NCBI RefSeq assembly: GCF_000829435.1
Contig: NZ_JXRP01000009.1
Location: forward strand, 865,720-889,719
From: Jeotgalibacillus soli
GTDB lineage: Bacteria; Bacillota; Bacilli; Bacillales; Jeotgalibacillaceae
DNA length: 24,000 bases
Direction: 5' to 3'
The notes under the pieces were generated by a model. The model made no database searches, was not told where the DNA came from, and was given only the letters and a program-made list of their open reading frames with translations. Every line of letters begins with the position of its first letter. The stretch's first letter is position 1. This document shows, one piece after another, positions 13,361-20,914 of this stretch. The position numbers were made by a program, and so were the translations under genes.

Positions 13361-14179
13361 ATGAGCGAATCTATTAAATTTGATTTTCACACCCATCACC
13401 ATCGCTGCGGGCATGCTAAAGGTACTACTCGGGATTATATTGAATCAGCTATTAAACAAGGATTTCATATGATTGGCATATCTGATCACTCACCGTATTT
13501 TGCAAGCGATGAGGAGCATCCTCATCCTCATATTGCTATGAGCAAAAAAGAATTTCCTTTATATATTTCAGAAGTTCTTCAGCTTAAAAAAGAGTATAAA
13601 GAAAAAATCGATGTATTGCTAGGTGTTGAATCTGATTTTTTTCCGGAGCACATTGAGCTGTATCGTAGGCAGTATAAACAATATCCCTTTGATTATATTA
13701 TTGGGTCGGTACATCATGTTGAGGGGATTAACATTTTTAATAAGGGTCGCTGGGAAGGACTTTCTGCTAAAGAAAAACAGCAAACAAAAGAAACGTACTA
13801 TCATCTTATCGAACGCTCTGCACGGAGCGGAATCTTTCAAATTCTTGGTCATATTGATGCAATGAAAGGGTTTTATCCTGCTTTTTCAACGATTCAGACC
13901 GACGCATTAACCCATACATTAAAAGTCATTGCACAGTACGATCTTGCAATAGAGATCAATACATCAGGCAAAACAAAGGATTGCGGTGGTTGGTATCCTG
14001 CAGATGATATACTCGAAATGGCCAGTTTTTATGGTGTGAGGGTTACTTTTGGATCAGATGCCCACGAAGCAGAAAGAGTCGGTGATGATTTTGAATTAGT
14101 AAGAGAAAGGCTCAAGCAAATCGGCTTTAAAGAATGGGTATATTTTAAAGAACAGAAAATGTTCACGATTGATATTTAA
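13361..14179 (+). CDS. PHP-domain phosphatase, histidinol-phosphatase HisJ family
   Basis: 272 aa. PHP metal ligands FDFHTHHHRCGHA, ISDHSP, GSVHH, LGHID and FGSDAH. Confidence 0.85.
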   Translation: MSESIKFDFHTHHHRCGHAKGTTRDYIESAIKQGFHMIGISDHSPYFASDEEHPHPHIAMSKKEFPLYISEVLQLKKEYKEKIDVLLGVESDFFPEHIELYRRQYKQYPFDYIIGSVHHVEGINIFNKGRWEGLSAKEKQQTKETYYHLIERSARSGIFQILGHIDAMKGFYPAFSTIQTDALTHTLKVIAQYDLAIEINTSGKTKDCGGWYPADDILEMASFYGVRVTFGSDAHEAERVGDDFELVRERLKQIGFKEWVYFKEQKMFTIDI

Positions 14180-14225
14180 CGAAGACTGGCTCGTTATTTC
14201 ATGCTGGATGAAGGGAAGGCTGAAA

Positions 14226-15095
14226 ATGTATCAGATAAAACAGTTAGATGATCAAAAATATGTACTATATGAGTTAACAGACGCGAAGGCTGATTCGTGG
14301 CTAAAGGTTGCTCCAGAGAGAGGCGGGATTATTACAAGCTTTGGAGTAGAAGGTGAAGAAATATTTTTCCTGAATAAAGAAACCTTCTACGACGCTGATG
14401 CAAACGTTAGAGGTGGTAATCCTATTCTTTTTCCGATATCAGGTCAGCTTAAAAATGGGAAATATGAATGGGATGGAATTGAATATAAAATGAAAAACCA
14501 TGGATTTGCCCGTAATCTTTCGTGGGAGGTCGTGGAAACACAAACAACCGAAACCGATGGAGCCTCGATAACTTTGAAGCTTACGAGTAGTAAAGAAACG
14601 AGGCAATCCTATCCATTTGATTTCGAAGTCATTTTTACATATGTATTAAAAAACAATACGTTAAACATTCATCAGGAATACGTAAATAAATCAGATGAAA
14701 AAATGCCAATTTATCCGGGTTTTCATCCCTATTTTAAAACAGCTGATAAAAATCTTAACTATAAAACGGATGCTCAAACCTATCTGGATTATAATGATGG
14801 GGAGATTAAAAATGTAAGTGACGGTATCGATCTTTCTGGGAAAAAGGAATCCGTGGTCTTATTAGATGGGATGAAAAAGGAAATAGCGTTTGAGCTGCCT
14901 GAGCTAAACAAAAAAATTCAAATGACCTATGGAGAAGAATTTGCCTATGTTTATTTATGGACAGAGGAAGGACAGGATTTTGTTTGTGTGGAGCCATGGG
15001 TGGCAAAAACAGATGAACTGAATCGCAAAGAAGAGCTAATCTTTGTGCATCCGGGTGAATCGTTAAAAACGATGTTAACAATTTCAGTTATATAA
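14226..15095 (+). CDS. Aldose-1-epimerase-family (mutarotase-fold) protein
   Basis: 289 aa from ATG 14226, with RBS GAAGGGAAGG. Family hallmarks RGGNPILFPISG, NHGFARN, PGFHPYF and CVEPW. The upstream extension in the ORF track (14169) overlaps the preceding gene and lacks an RBS. Confidence 0.85.
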   Translation: MYQIKQLDDQKYVLYELTDAKADSWLKVAPERGGIITSFGVEGEEIFFLNKETFYDADANVRGGNPILFPISGQLKNGKYEWDGIEYKMKNHGFARNLSWEVVETQTTETDGASITLKLTSSKETRQSYPFDFEVIFTYVLKNNTLNIHQEYVNKSDEKMPIYPGFHPYFKTADKNLNYKTDAQTYLDYNDGEIKNVSDGIDLSGKKESVVLLDGMKKEIAFELPELNKKIQMTYGEEFAYVYLWTEEGQDFVCVEPWVAKTDELNRKEELIFVHPGESLKTMLTISVI

Positions 15096-15102
15096 ACAGC
15101 AG

Positions 15103-15137
15103 AGAGAAGAGGGAGTAACAGCCTCTTCTCTTTTTAT
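15103..15137 (+). terminator. Rho-independent terminator after the epimerase-like gene
   Basis: Perfect 10-bp stem AGAGAAGAGG (15103-15112) / CCTCTTCTCT (15122-15131) followed by TTTTAT. Confidence 0.85.
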
Positions 15138-15462
15138 ATGTATTTTTACATTTTATTTGCTGAGGATACTGTAATACCGGGAGCGTTTCCTAGCTTTTTC
15201 CTTTGTCGGACGAAGAAATCTTGCCGCGGCAAAGTCTGCTGAGATGTCAGCAGCAATTCGTAATCCATAACTTGTAAAGCAGGTTTTTAATTATTCCTTT
15301 TTAACTAAATTGCATAAATGAATAATCTCAGGCAATACTTTGTACTGTGTTAATTTAAAGGCTTCAAATGTACATCAATTTAATCGTCAGCATTAGGGCA
15401 TTTTCGTGAGCGTTAACATGAAAGATGAAAATCTACTTTTCCTTTTGATTGGAGTGTTAGAA

Positions 15463-16596
15463 ATGAAAGCTGTAACGTATCAAGGGCCAAATAATGTGGC
15501 GGTAAAGCAAGTAGACGACCCGAAAATTGAAAAGAAAGATGATGTCATCGTTAAGATAACATCAACGACGATTTGCGGATCTGATTTACATCTCTATCAA
15601 GGGAATATGCCGTTGCCGAAAGGCTATGTAATTGGACATGAGCCTATGGGCATTGTGGAGGAAGTAGGTCCTGACGTAACGAAAGTAAAAAAGGGAGACC
15701 GTGTTGTCGTTCCTTTTAATGTAGCGTGCGGACAATGTACGTATTGTCAGCATGATCTGACAAGCCAATGTGATAACTCAAATCCTCATTATGATTCGGG
15801 AGGTTATTTTGGCTATACTGAAAAATTCGGGAATCACCCAGGTGGCCAGGCTGAATATTTAAAAGTACCGTTTGGAAACTTCACTCCTTTTCTTGTTCCA
15901 GAATCGTGTGAACTGGAAGATGAATCCTTGCTCTTTTTATCAGATGTCATTCCAACTGCTTATTGGAGTATAAGTCATGCTGGTGTCAAAGAAGGGGATA
16001 CAGTAATCGTTCTCGGGTGTGGTCCTGTAGGCTTGATGGCCCAAAAATTCGCTTGGATGCATGGTGCAAAAAGGGTCATTTCGATTGATCATATTGGCTA
16101 CCGCTTAGATCATGCGAAGAAAATGAATAATGTGGAGATCTTTGACTTTGCCAAATATCCTGATATGGGAGAGCATTTAAAGGAAATTACTAAAGGCGGA
16201 GCAGATGTTGTGGTTGATTGCGTAGGGATGGACGGGAAGAAGTCTCCTCTTGAGTTTGTCGAGCAAAAACTGAAGCTCCAAGGAGGAACGCTTGGACCGA
16301 TTCAAATTGCAACAAAAGCGGTGCGGAAATTTGGTACTGTTCAAATTACAGGGGTGTACGGAGGAAACTATAACAACTTCCCATTTGGCGCTTTTTTCTC
16401 AAGGAACATTACCTTGAAAATGGGACAGGCTCCGGTTATCCCAATTATGCCAATGCTATATGAAAAAATAATGAACAAGGAATTTGATCCAAAAGAGATC
16501 ATTACCCATAAAGTCTCGCTTGATGATGCAAGCAATGCATATAAAATCTTTAATGATCACCAAGATAATGCCATTAAAATTGTATTAAAGCCTTAA
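15463..16596 (+). CDS. Zinc-dependent alcohol/aldehyde dehydrogenase, glutathione-independent formaldehyde-dehydrogenase-like
   Basis: 377 aa from ATG 15463 (MKAVTYQG). Catalytic-zinc signature GHEPMGIVEEVG, structural-zinc cluster CGQCTYCQHDLTSQC and Rossmann motif VLGCGPVGL. The size and the insertion after the Cys cluster are typical of the formaldehyde-dehydrogenase-like subgroup; substrate specificity is not determinable here. Confidence 0.85.
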   Translation: MKAVTYQGPNNVAVKQVDDPKIEKKDDVIVKITSTTICGSDLHLYQGNMPLPKGYVIGHEPMGIVEEVGPDVTKVKKGDRVVVPFNVACGQCTYCQHDLTSQCDNSNPHYDSGGYFGYTEKFGNHPGGQAEYLKVPFGNFTPFLVPESCELEDESLLFLSDVIPTAYWSISHAGVKEGDTVIVLGCGPVGLMAQKFAWMHGAKRVISIDHIGYRLDHAKKMNNVEIFDFAKYPDMGEHLKEITKGGADVVVDCVGMDGKKSPLEFVEQKLKLQGGTLGPIQIATKAVRKFGTVQITGVYGGNYNNFPFGAFFSRNITLKMGQAPVIPIMPMLYEKIMNKEFDPKEIITHKVSLDDASNAYKIFNDHQDNAIKIVLKP

Positions 16597-16625
16597 TTGA
16601 TTTCTTTATCTACTCAAATAAACAG

Positions 16626-16657
16626 AAAAGCAGAACATTGAATTGGTCTGCTTTTTC
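16626..16657 (+). terminator. Rho-independent terminator after the Zn-ADH gene
   Basis: Stem AAAAGCAGAAC / GGTCTGCTTTT (one A-G mismatch, 8-nt loop) running into TTTTT (16652-16656). Confidence 0.7.
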
Positions 16658-16689
16658 AGCGTGTTGAATTTCTAACTTATGTAAAATAA

Positions 16690-16913
16690 TTGTCACCTGA
16701 AAGCGAATTAAAGTGTGGGGTCGAATGACAATCGAGCACACATCTTGATTATGAGGTCACCTTTCCTTCTCTTTTTAGGAGAAACGGTTTGATTAATAAA
16801 GGAAAAATCAATGTAGGCACCGACAGAGCGAAGTAAGTGATCGATTGGCACTAGTTGAGTTGATCAATGGAAAGCATTTGACGATTGCGACGGGCGTTTT
16901 GAGGTTGTCTCAT
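16690..16913 (-). pseudogene. Decayed N-terminal fragment of an IS5/IS1182-type transposase (DUF772-like N-terminal region)
   Basis: The minus strand reads MRQPQNARRNRQMLSIDQLN*. After a -1 frame change it reads LVPIDHLLRSVGAYIDFSFINQTVSPKKRRKGDLIIKMCARLSFDPTL*. The block QL-VP-DHLLR----YIDFSFI...(R)-S-DP is the conserved N-terminus of these transposases. There is a stop, a frameshift and no DDE domain, so this is a remnant. Confidence 0.6.
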
Positions 16914-16950
16914 GATGGATCCTTCCTTCCTATTTCTTCGTAAGGAGGAA

Positions 16951-17002
16951 GGAAAATAAAGTGCCGGCCCATTCCGCGGAAAGCGAAGGAATGGGTCGGC
17001 AC
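16951..17002 (-). terminator. Rho-independent terminator of the SDR gene; its loop carries the CCGCGGAAAGCGAAGG repeat-core motif
   Basis: Hairpin GTGCCGGCCCATTCC (16961-16975) / GGAATGGGTCGGCAC (16988-17002), followed on the minus strand by TTTATTTT. It sits 22 nt after the stop at 17025-17027. Confidence 0.75.
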
Positions 17003-17024
17003 GATTTTTAAATTTTCGTTATGT

Positions 17025-17741
17025 TTATGGATTTGTTGACCACATGCCAGCTGTTTTAATGAAAACACGCGGGTTTAATTTAAGCTGTGCGACCATCAGT
17101 TCAGCAAGATCTTCTGGCTGCATTACATTTTCAGGGTTGCCGCTGATAAGATTTGTTTCGATTGCTAGATCAGTAGCAACTGTACTTGGCGTTAGTGCCG
17201 TAACGCGAATGTTATGCTTTCTTACTTCAAGCATAAGTGATTCCGTTAATCCAAGAACGGCAAATTTAGAAGCACTGTACGCGCTCGTTACTGGAGCTCC
17301 CTTTTGACCAGCAGATGAAGAAACGTTGATGATGTCTCCTACTTTTCTTTCAATCATATCTGGAAGAACGGCTCTAGTAGTATTATAAACACCCATTAGG
17401 TTAACATTTATAATATTTTCCCATTCACTTGCTGAAAGCTCGAGGAATCCTCCAAACTTAGCAATTCCAGCGTTGTTGATTAGAATGTCAATTTGGCCTA
17501 ATTCAGATTTGATTTGATCTGCTGCTTGCTGAACAGCTTCAAGATCAGTAACATCTGCAACAGCTACAGAAGCTTTAACACCCAGTTCTTTCACTTCTGC
17601 TGCTACTTTTTCAAGATTTGCGAGTGTTGTACCGACTAATCCAACATTGATTCCTTCTTTCGCAAAGGCAATGGCAGTTGCTCGGCCGATGCCTCTTCCT
17701 GCTCCAGTAATCAACGCATTTTTTCCATTTAATGAAATCAT
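17025..17741 (-). CDS. Short-chain dehydrogenase/reductase (FabG-like classical SDR)
   Basis: 238 aa from ATG 17741, with RBS AAGGAG 7 nt upstream. Motifs TGAGRGIG (cofactor), NNAG and catalytic S...YSASK. The longer ORF-track start at 17777 lacks an RBS. Confidence 0.9.
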   Translation of the reverse strand: MISLNGKNALITGAGRGIGRATAIAFAKEGINVGLVGTTLANLEKVAAEVKELGVKASVAVADVTDLEAVQQAADQIKSELGQIDILINNAGIAKFGGFLELSASEWENIINVNLMGVYNTTRAVLPDMIERKVGDIINVSSSAGQKGAPVTSAYSASKFAVLGLTESLMLEVRKHNIRVTALTPSTVATDLAIETNLISGNPENVMQPEDLAELMVAQLKLNPRVFIKTAGMWSTNP

Positions 17742-17798
17742 CTTATCGCTCCTTATCCAACCAATTTTTAACCCCATACTATTATAGTCAATTTCAGC

Positions 17799-17860
17799 TA
17801 AAAAAGCTGAACAGAAAGACCGAGAAGTTTATTAGAGAACTTTCGGTCTTTCTGTTCAGT
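17799..17860 (-). terminator. Strong rho-independent terminator of hxlAB
   Basis: About 18-22-bp stem CTGAACAGAAAGACCGA(G)AAGTT / AACTTTCGGTCTTTCTGTTCAG (17806-17859), followed on the minus strand by CTTTTTT. Confidence 0.9.
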
Positions 17861-17872
17861 ACAAATATTTAA

Positions 17873-18430
17873 TTACTCAAGGTTAGCATGCTTCCCGTAC
17901 ATTGTATTGGAATCAAGCCCTTTTTTCTCCATGAAACGTAAAATAACTGCATCGAAGAATAGTAAAAGGGTTTGTTCGAAAAGTGATCCCATTGGCTGTA
18001 TGGTTTTATAATCACTCGTCGATTTATCCTTAGGAGATCCAGGTAATTTAATGACTAGATCCGCTAATTCTCCAATTGTAGACTCAGGGAAGATGGTCAC
18101 AGCAATAACTGTTCCACCTAAGCTTTTCGCTTTTTCGGCCATTGAGACTAAGCTTTTTGTTTCTCCTGAGCCGGATGCGATGATAAGAATATCATCTTTT
18201 TCCAGGTTAGCTGTAACCGTTTCACCGACAACATAAGCATCTAATCCCATATGCATCATGCGCATCACGAAGGATTTACCCATGAAACCAGATCTTCCTG
18301 CTCCTGCTACAAAGATTTTCTTTGCTTCAAGAATTTGGTTGACCAGCTGTTCAGCTTGTTCATCAGATAGTAAGTCTGCTGCTCGACTTAACTCATCAAG
18401 GATTTCGTTAAAATATCGAGTTGTCTGCAT
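17873..18430 (-). CDS. hxlB: 6-phospho-3-hexuloisomerase (SIS domain)
   Basis: 185 aa, the same length as B. subtilis HxlB. SIS motifs FVAGAGRSGF and IASGSGET. It starts 9 nt downstream of the hxlA stop. Confidence 0.93.
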   Translation of the reverse strand: MQTTRYFNEILDELSRAADLLSDEQAEQLVNQILEAKKIFVAGAGRSGFMGKSFVMRMMHMGLDAYVVGETVTANLEKDDILIIASGSGETKSLVSMAEKAKSLGGTVIAVTIFPESTIGELADLVIKLPGSPKDKSTSDYKTIQPMGSLFEQTLLLFFDAVILRFMEKKGLDSNTMYGKHANLE

Positions 18431-18439
18431 AATGAATGA

Positions 18440-19072
18440 TTAACCTTGTTTGATTAGTTCTTGCATTTTAGCAGCTGCAGCTTTTTTGTCTTCTTGTCCA
18501 GTAATACCGCCACCAACGATTACTAGATCTGGTTGAGCTTTGATTACTTCTGGAAGAGTTTCAAGCTTGATTCCGCCTGCAACAGCTGTTTTTGCGTTTT
18601 TAACAACGCTTTTAATTGTTGCAAGGTCTTCGAAAGAGTTTTGGCCTTGAGCTTGAAGATCGTAACCAGTGTGAACGCAGATGTAGTCTACGCCAAGCTC
18701 ATCAAGTTCTTTAGCGCGAGTTGCGATGTCTTTTACAGCGATCATGTCAACAAGGATTTGTTTGCCTTGTTTTTTCGCTTCTTCAACTGCACCTTTGATT
18801 GATGCATCTTCAGCCGCACCAAGAATTGTGATGATGTCAGCGCCTGCAGCTGATGCTTGGCTTACTTCGTATCCAGCAGCATCCATGATTTTAAGGTCAG
18901 CTAATACTGTTAGGTTAGGGAATGCAGCTTTAAGTTCTTTAACTGCTTTAAGTCCTTCGTTAATAACGACAGGAGTACCAATTTCTACTACGTCTACATG
19001 CTCTTCTACTTCTTTAACCAATTCAATTGCTTGTGGAATATTTACAAGGTCTAATGCTAGTTGTAATTTCAT
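18440..19072 (-). CDS. hxlA: 3-hexulose-6-phosphate synthase
   Basis: 210 aa, collinear with B. subtilis HxlA from memory: M.LQLALDLVNI, VEIGTPV, LADLKIMDAA, ILVDMIAVK, GVDYICVHTGYDLQA, IAGGIKLETLPEVIKA.PDLVIVGGGI. RBS TAGGAGTG lies 8 nt upstream. Confidence 0.96.
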   Translation of the reverse strand: MKLQLALDLVNIPQAIELVKEVEEHVDVVEIGTPVVINEGLKAVKELKAAFPNLTVLADLKIMDAAGYEVSQASAAGADIITILGAAEDASIKGAVEEAKKQGKQILVDMIAVKDIATRAKELDELGVDYICVHTGYDLQAQGQNSFEDLATIKSVVKNAKTAVAGGIKLETLPEVIKAQPDLVIVGGGITGQEDKKAAAAKMQELIKQG

Positions 19073-19182
19073 CTGTTTAACACTCCTAAAAATTTTTTTG
19101 TTGCAAGTAGTAATATACCCCGAGGGCTGATATTACTTTCAAAATAGGAACACCAATTGTTTCCTATCTCTGCACAGTTATC

Positions 19183-19222
19183 ATTATAAGTCCTATAATA
19201 TTATTTTGTAAGTACGCACTTT
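19183..19222 (-). promoter_or_regulatory. hxlA promoter (-35 TTACAA, 17 nt, -10 TATAAT) with an abutting 15-nt element AAAGTGCGTACTTAC (candidate HxlR activator site)
   Basis: Read on the minus strand: AAAGTGCGTACTTAC (19222-19208) overlaps the -35 TTACAA (19211-19206). The spacer is 17 nt and the -10 TATAAT is at 19188-19183. The same 15-mer with the same geometry occurs at 22330-22369. Confidence 0.6.
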
Positions 19223-19281
19223 TATTTTACATAGTGATAAAAAGTATACTATTGGTTATAATAAGGGTGGAGGTGAAACGA

Positions 19282-19647
19282 ATGTCTCGTATGGAAGGAA
19301 AAATGTTTAATTGTGAGAAAGAGTTGACCCTTTCAGTTATTGGCGGTAAGTGGAAAATGCTGATTTTATGGCATCTCGGAAAAGAAGGAACGAAGCGTTT
19401 TGGTGAATTAAAGGCCCTAATGCCTGGAATTACGCAGCGTATGCTTGTGAACCAGCTGCGAGAGCTGGAGGAAGACCTGATCGTTGAACGAAAAGTATAT
19501 CCTGTTGTTCCTCCTAAGGTTGAGTATTCACTGACAGAACAAGGCCAGAGCTTGATGCCGATTTTGGATTCGATGTATAAATGGGGTAAAGATTATATGG
19601 ATATCATCAACAGGAATAGCGAAGATCGAAGAGAATCCATCAAATAA
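19282..19647 (+). CDS. hxlR: HxlR-family (DUF24) winged-helix regulator, formaldehyde-responsive activator type
   Basis: 121 aa from ATG 19282, with [52 protein letters not shown] matches B. subtilis HxlR from memory. It is divergent from hxlAB, as in B. subtilis. Confidence 0.93.
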   Translation: MSRMEGKMFNCEKELTLSVIGGKWKMLILWHLGKEGTKRFGELKALMPGITQRMLVNQLRELEEDLIVERKVYPVVPPKVEYSLTEQGQSLMPILDSMYKWGKDYMDIINRNSEDRRESIK

Positions 19648-19703
19648 GCAAAAGCGTATGAACCTAAGCATGTATATCATTAACCGAACTGTTTATTAAA
19701 TAC

Positions 19704-19750
19704 CGTATGTGGCTGCTTTTTTAAAAAGGCTGCTGCATGCGTTTTTTTTT
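19704..19750 (+). terminator. Rho-independent terminator after hxlR
   Basis: 13-bp stem CGTATGTGGCTGC / GCTGCTGCATGCG (three G-U pairs and one mismatch) followed by a run of 9 T (19742-19750). Confidence 0.7.
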
Positions 19751-19901
19751 ATAATCCTTGAAGCGATGGGAAAATATTTTGATTGCCGAATAAAATAGAT
19801 TATAATAAAAGAAACTATCTGAAGTTTCAGGCAGTTGTAAGAACTTATTTTTAAATGGGAAAATAATAGCGTAATTGTATAAAGAATTGGGGGATTTGCG
19901 A

Positions 19902-20693
19902 ATGTCTGCTCTTACGATGATGAGCCCTTCTGAGGCTCGTGAAATGATTCGAAATAATCAATGGGTGAAGCCAACATCAGGTGTTTCTAACGGATTTATT
20001 CAGGCTAACTTAGCTGTGCTTCCAAAGGACTTGGCGTTTGAGTTTCTTCTTTTTTGCCAGCGTAACCCGAAATCTTGTCCTATCATTGATGTGACTGAGC
20101 CGGGATCAGGCATTGCCAGTCTAGCAGCGCCAAATGGTGATATTAAAACAGATATTCCAAAATATCGTGTGTATCGAAATGGAGAGCTTGTAGAGGAAAA
20201 AACAGATGTATCGGATCTTTGGGATGAGAATATGGTCGGTTTTTTAATTGGCTGCAGCTTTACATTTGAAGAGGCACTAATAAAAAACGGCATTCCAATT
20301 CGCCATAATGAGGAAAATTGCAATGTTCCAATGTATAAAACGAATATTCAAAGTGTAAAAGCCGGCCGGTTTGAAGGTCCGATGGTAGTAAGCATGCGCC
20401 CTATGACTGAAAAGGATGCCATCCGAGCTGTACAGGTAACGAGCCGTTTTCCTTCCGTGCACGGGGCGCCTGTTCATATCGGAAATTCTGAAAGCATTGG
20501 CATTAAAAATATTAACGAACCGGATTTCGGTGACCGTGTGACCATAAAAGAGGGAGAGGTTCCTGTCTTTTGGGCTTGCGGAGTCACTCCGCAGGCAGTA
20601 GCGATGCAAGTAAAGCCGGAAATCATGATTACACATGCCCCAGGACATATGTTTATCACTGATTTGAAAAACGAAAAGTTTTCTGTTTTGTAG
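19902..20693 (+). CDS. DUF1445/UPF0317 putative hydro-lyase (YcsI / D-glutamate-cyclase-like family)
   Basis: 263 aa from ATG 19902, with RBS GGGGGA 7 nt upstream. The N-terminal pattern AREMIRNNQWVKPTSGVSNGFIQANLAVLPKDLAFEFLLFCQRNPKSCPIIDV and the C-terminal FWACGVTPQ...ITHAPGHMFITD are typical of this family as I remember it. Confidence 0.8.
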   Translation: MSALTMMSPSEAREMIRNNQWVKPTSGVSNGFIQANLAVLPKDLAFEFLLFCQRNPKSCPIIDVTEPGSGIASLAAPNGDIKTDIPKYRVYRNGELVEEKTDVSDLWDENMVGFLIGCSFTFEEALIKNGIPIRHNEENCNVPMYKTNIQSVKAGRFEGPMVVSMRPMTEKDAIRAVQVTSRFPSVHGAPVHIGNSESIGIKNINEPDFGDRVTIKEGEVPVFWACGVTPQAVAMQVKPEIMITHAPGHMFITDLKNEKFSVL

Positions 20694-20733
20694 GATAAAA
20701 ATCGTTCCAAAATTTAATAAGATACTATAGTAG

Positions 20734-20766
20734 ATAGCGTGTCTTTTTGCTGCGCTATTTTTTTTA
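20734..20766 (+). terminator. Probable terminator after the DUF1445 gene
   Basis: Stem ATAGCG(TG) / (TG)CGCTAT followed by 8 T (20758-20765). The stem is short. Confidence 0.5.
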
Positions 20767-20845
20767 TGGTTAAATTTTCCCCACACAAGAACAAATTATA
20801 AGCCGAGTTGTTTGACTAACATACGGTGTGGAATGTAATAATATT

Positions 20846-20880
20846 TAAGTACCTTAAAGCGTTTCTTATTTAAGGTCTTA
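20846..20880. promoter_or_regulatory. Inverted repeat between the putative namA promoter and its RBS (operator or leader hairpin)
   Basis: TAAGTACCTTAAA (20846-20858) and TTTAAGGTCTTA (20869-20880). The perfect 8-bp core is ACCTTAAA / TTTAAGGT with a 10-nt spacer. It lies downstream of TTGACT (20811-20816) and a TG-extended AT-rich -10 region. Confidence 0.4.
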
Positions 20881-20914
20881 AAAAACAGTATTCTGCAAGG
20901 GAAAGGAAGTTTTT

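Noticed and set aside
13619-13865. Two ORFs (77 and 80 aa) overlapping the PHP phosphatase gene
   Set aside because: These are alternative-frame and antisense shadows of a gene with clear PHP-domain motifs.
14169-14225. Upstream extension of the epimerase-like ORF
   Set aside because: It overlaps the previous gene's end. ATG 14226 has a strong RBS and a typical family N-terminus.
15406-15462. Upstream extension of the ADH ORF (MSVNMKDENLLFLLIGVLE)
   Set aside because: Zn-ADHs of this family start at MKA(V/L)...; ATG 15463 has a GGAG-type RBS.
17044-17307. 87-aa ORF antisense to the SDR gene
   Set aside because: Shadow ORF.
18051-19130. Antisense ORFs opposite hxlB/hxlA, including a 134-aa Ala/Ser-rich ORF (18726-19130)
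   Set aside because: These are typical shadow frames of Ala/Gly/Val-rich genes. The hxlA and hxlB frames are collinear with characterised proteins.
19234-19281. Upstream extension of hxlR ([16 protein letters not shown])
   Set aside because: The B. subtilis HxlR N-terminus is MSRM...; ATG 19282 has a GGAGG-type RBS, and the extension would run through the promoter region.
20000-20786. Antisense ORFs opposite the DUF1445 gene, including a 169-aa ORF (20277-20786)
   Set aside because: Shadow ORFs with no RBS. The composition is atypical (rich in Arg, His, Phe and Tyr).
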